Shown here piece after piece: positions 60,454 to 64,000 of a DNA stretch of 64,000 nucleotides. The notes below the pieces were generated by a model. It was not told the DNA's origin. It did no database searches and saw only the letters and a program-made list of their open reading frames with translations. Both the position numbers and the translations under genes were made by a program. Location of the stretch: positions 1,307,771 to 1,371,770 of the forward strand of contig NW_003314314.1 of assembly GCF_000143415.4 (NCBI RefSeq), read 5' to 3'. Source of the stretch: Selaginella moellendorffii. Taxonomy: Eukaryota > Plantae > Lycopodiophyta. The first letter of the stretch is position 1, and the number at the start of each line of letters is the position of its first letter.

Positions 60454-62179
60454 CATTCTAATATTGTTTGCACATCACCGCTAGCAGAGCGTTCGAATAA
60501 ACTGGAAAGAAATTAACAAATAAGACAAGGACGAATTACCCGTGGTTTGCTCAAACAACCGTGACCGCATCTCATCTTTGACTCTGGTACCTAAAGCTTG
60601 CAACTATTTTAAAAGTATGTGACTTGTAATGCCTCTGTTATTTACTCGTCCATGTGGCGTTCACCACACAGGTGCTACCTGATCTTGCGCTTGTATTTTT
60701 TTGCAAAGGTTTGTAATCTATGAGGTCTGACAAGGATACGAGTAGCTACTCAAATTGTTTTATTGTCATCTTGTCTGTTTATTGCAGCCTCGTATCTGAA
60801 AGTATATTGCTTACGCAAACGTTGCAGCCATTGTCGCGTCTACTCCAAAATGAAACTCTAATGAAATTAGAAACATCTCCATTGATGTGACTGATCTAGT
60901 GAGCCAGCACATTTGTTCACACCACCACCAGAAAATGTTATAGTTAGTTGAGTATATTGAAAAAACGACTAGAAAATATTCTCTTTTATGTGAATCATTT
61001 CCTTTGTAATGTCCTTTTACAAATGGAAAGAGAAATGGAACTTTTTTACTTCGCTGTTAAAGCTGGCATGGCATCTGAAGATATCCCATCAACTCCAACT
61101 TCGAATTCTCTTCTTGTAACTTCAAGGTTATTTCTTAATTTTATAGATGATAGGTGGAAGATATCATTTTTTTTCATGTTACTCATATAAGAATATGGTC
61201 TATAACAGACAATAATTATACTCTTCTGCAATAGTCTTTTGAGGAAAGGGTTTACCCCTGCGTAAATTTTTTATCATAATAACCTAATAGAAATTCAGAT
61301 TGTTGCCTCCTTAGTATCTTTTTAATTGAATCTTCACTTACAATGCATAAAACAATTCGAGGATTAGTACGCTCAAACATTGTCTTGTATTGTTGAACAA
61401 CTGGATTAAATTGTATTGAAGAATATTTTCCATGCTAGAGATAAATTCTGATATTGTTTCTGATATTGCTTGACCAAACTAACAAGAGGTGAGTCTAAAA
61501 GTGACCTTCTATCAATAACACCAGATGCTATGGTACAAGCTTTTTTTCTGAACTTGTAAAGATAATAGATAATTATATGATAATAATAAATATAAATTAT
61601 ATAATTTCTTATCTCTAGATTAGAGCTTCTTAGAGGAGAAAATGGATAGAGAGACCGCTCACAGCTCGGGCTAAATCAATCGATCAATTCACAGCACTGG
61701 GTGCTAAAGAAGGAGAAGGAGTAAAAAAGAAAGCTTTGCAATTTATTCCAATGCACTCTAACAAAACTTACAATATAGGTTCTTTTGCTATTTTCTTTTT
61801 CTCTAACTCTCTTCTTCATGCTAGTAGTGTCCTTCCAGATTGCTACTCAATCTCCTTCCCATCAGCTTCATGCTTGCAAAGCTTTGGCATTCTCTCATTG
61901 ATGAGATTCCATACCAATTCATACTTGTTTGCACTTGGTAGCATTTGAAATAATCTCTTGAGGATATATGTGTGACAACTGGCTTCTGGATGATTCTCAA
62001 GAGTACATCTGGTACATCTTGTGAGTGGGCAGACCCTGGAGCAAGTATGGAAGCAAGCGTCTCCATGATGATCACGGCAGCTCTCTTTGCTAGCACCTAT
62101 GAGCCAGTAAAAATTTATTCATAGATTTGCCAGGAACTCACTATTCAAAGATTGACACAATATGAGATGACAAATTTCT

Positions 62180-62570
62180 TCATAGATTTGCCAGACCTTA
62201 CTGGCAACTTGTTCAAGGAACTCCTTCTGCGACAAAAGAGCTCCTGGAATCTCCACAAACTTGACCGCTCCCTTGGCACCTCGGAGAGCTTCCATCTCAG
62301 CTCTAGAACACTTTGAAAACAATCATCAGCTTTCTGCGAAAGAGCTCCATGATTAACTTCCCGGCTCTTCACTGGATCGAGCAGGCCAGTGAGGAAGGCT
62401 GCTGGAGCGTAGGGAGCTCCTGGGAGCTTTGTGAGTGAGGCAACTGTAGACAATGGCATCAGTCACGTTGCTTAACTCCGAGTAGACATGACTTTCAGAC
62501 TGTTTTCTTATGTTGCTTTGGCTGCTCATAAGTGTGTTATAAAGAGGCCACCCCATGGCAGTAGCTCAAA
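62180..62570 (-). pseudogene. Alpha/beta-hydrolase family fragment (plant family with PAAFLTGLLDPV motif), apparently frameshifted
   Basis: GWPLYNTLMS...SHVYS...NVTDAIV, YAPAAFLTGLLDPVKSRE and AEMEALRGAKGAVKFVEIPGALL are split over different frames. Confidence 0.6.
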
Positions 62571-63172
62571 AAGCTCCTCCATAACTGGGCATAAACAATA
62601 CAGAGTTAAGCAAGAAAAGAAAGATTTTATGACTAAGCACTGCTTGGAAAAAACAAAGGTCATCAGAGACAATTTACAATGTAACATTCCAGCTTAACCC
62701 TCCTAATTGAACCAGGATTCCACTTGAGGTATAGAAATACTTCCAGTCATCATTTTTGCTTCAAATAAGCATGACCTTCAAGGCCAATTCCCTCAAAGAA
62801 ATGCCTTAGCTTTTTAAAGTTTGGAGAATCCAAGCAAATGGCTCCAGAAAAGGATGAGCTAACATCTACAACAAAAAGTTGTATTAGATGACCAGCATAT
62901 TAGATTCATTCTCAAGTAATAGAGTTGCAAAATGCACAAACCTGTTTTATTAGTAAGCGTGTTGCTCTAAGGTTTATAAGGTTTATTATAATCTTCCTGT
63001 CTTTGAAAGAAAATGGATTGATACTCTTGTCTCAATTTTTTTTTTTCTTATAGGTGGAAGATTCCATCTTCATGCTTTGAGCTTTCTCAGAGTTGATCTT
63101 GTGTAGCACGAAACATACTGCTACCAAAACCTCTCCAGGGCGTCCCGATTCTCTACCTGGAGAGAAGTGAAT

Positions 63173-63209
63173 CACAGACAGACAGACAGACAGACACACA
63201 CACACACAG
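63173..63209. repeat. (CAGA)n/(CA)n microsatellite
   Basis: Directly visible. Confidence 0.9.
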
Positions 63210-64000
63210 AGCCACAAACCTGGTCGTCATGGATTGGATATGTGAGCGTGTAGGCAAGTGCACGATTCCACGTCAGAGCTTCGTTGCCGATGAAGTTGGC
63301 CATGACACCAGCATTGTGGCGGCCAGCCATCCGCCCTTGCCCTGTGGAGAGAGTGCCACGGGAGAGGAAGAGGCGTGACCATGGGGATTATGAAGGACGG
63401 CTCCACATTCCCTGTGAATCCAACACGTTTTCTGTGCCATTCTCCAACTGTCTAGCCATAGCTCCACAAGCAGTTCAAAACAAATGTTATCTTCTTTAGA
63501 AAACACTAGCAAGGAATCCAGCTCCGCTGGCCGGACCAAAATAAGTCTTTGAAAACACTTTACTGGGATAGAAAAGTTATAGCTAATAGTGCAACATAGA
63601 ATAAATTAGTGTATATTGTATGCTTCTAAGATTTATCATGAGCATTTATAATATCTATAAGAGTAATAATAATCACAAAGCCTTTTATAAGAGAAATCAA
63701 GTTTACAAATAATTAATTTTCTTTTAATTTGTAATTATGTAAAAATAAATGAAAATAAGATTAGCAGAGATACCAGCAGAAAATAGCAGCAGGGATCCCA
63801 GCTCTGATGGGAAGTAGATATAAAATTCTGTAAATGTAAATTAGTTTTCTGATATAAAAATATACTTTAATGATTCTGTAAATTAATATTTGTTCATTTT
63901 TGAGGTTCTAATAATATTTCCTGAACTTGTGTTACTTAAGTGGTTAATAGATTTAACATTTTTAGATTGTCATAGCTTACCCAGACAAGTTTTGATTGAA

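Noticed and set aside
60900-61620. AT-rich stretch with short ORFs
   Set aside because: May be an old element remnant, but I could not identify motifs or ends.

Overview
Eukaryotic land-plant DNA. Short (~50 bp) introns, an axonemal dynein gene and the retroelement types are consistent with a lycophyte such as Selaginella (inference). Bases 1-52,100 are a nested transposon cluster. It holds three decayed copies (A 1-9635, B 20129-28138, C 31353-39510) of a ~14 kb DNA transposon with 22-bp TIRs, inserted among chromovirus-type Ty3/gypsy remnants, solo LTRs, a Tat-like element and a 5S-containing Cassandra-like TRIM. The DNA transposon is the main candidate novel system. It carries a Sola-like DDD transposase and, divergently, a large multi-exon cargo gene that appears to join a ParB/Srx-like domain, a degenerate amino-methyltransferase-like domain, an acidic linker and an FCP1/NIF HAD phosphatase domain. 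The element also carries roughly 30 or more copies of a 22-bp palindrome (ATGGCRTGnGGCCnCAYGCCAT), many sitting one per intron. Bases 52,300-64,000 are ordinary genes: WDR63/IC140, pyruvate kinase, a coiled-coil protein and an alpha/beta-hydrolase remnant. All domain calls are by eye, with no searches run.
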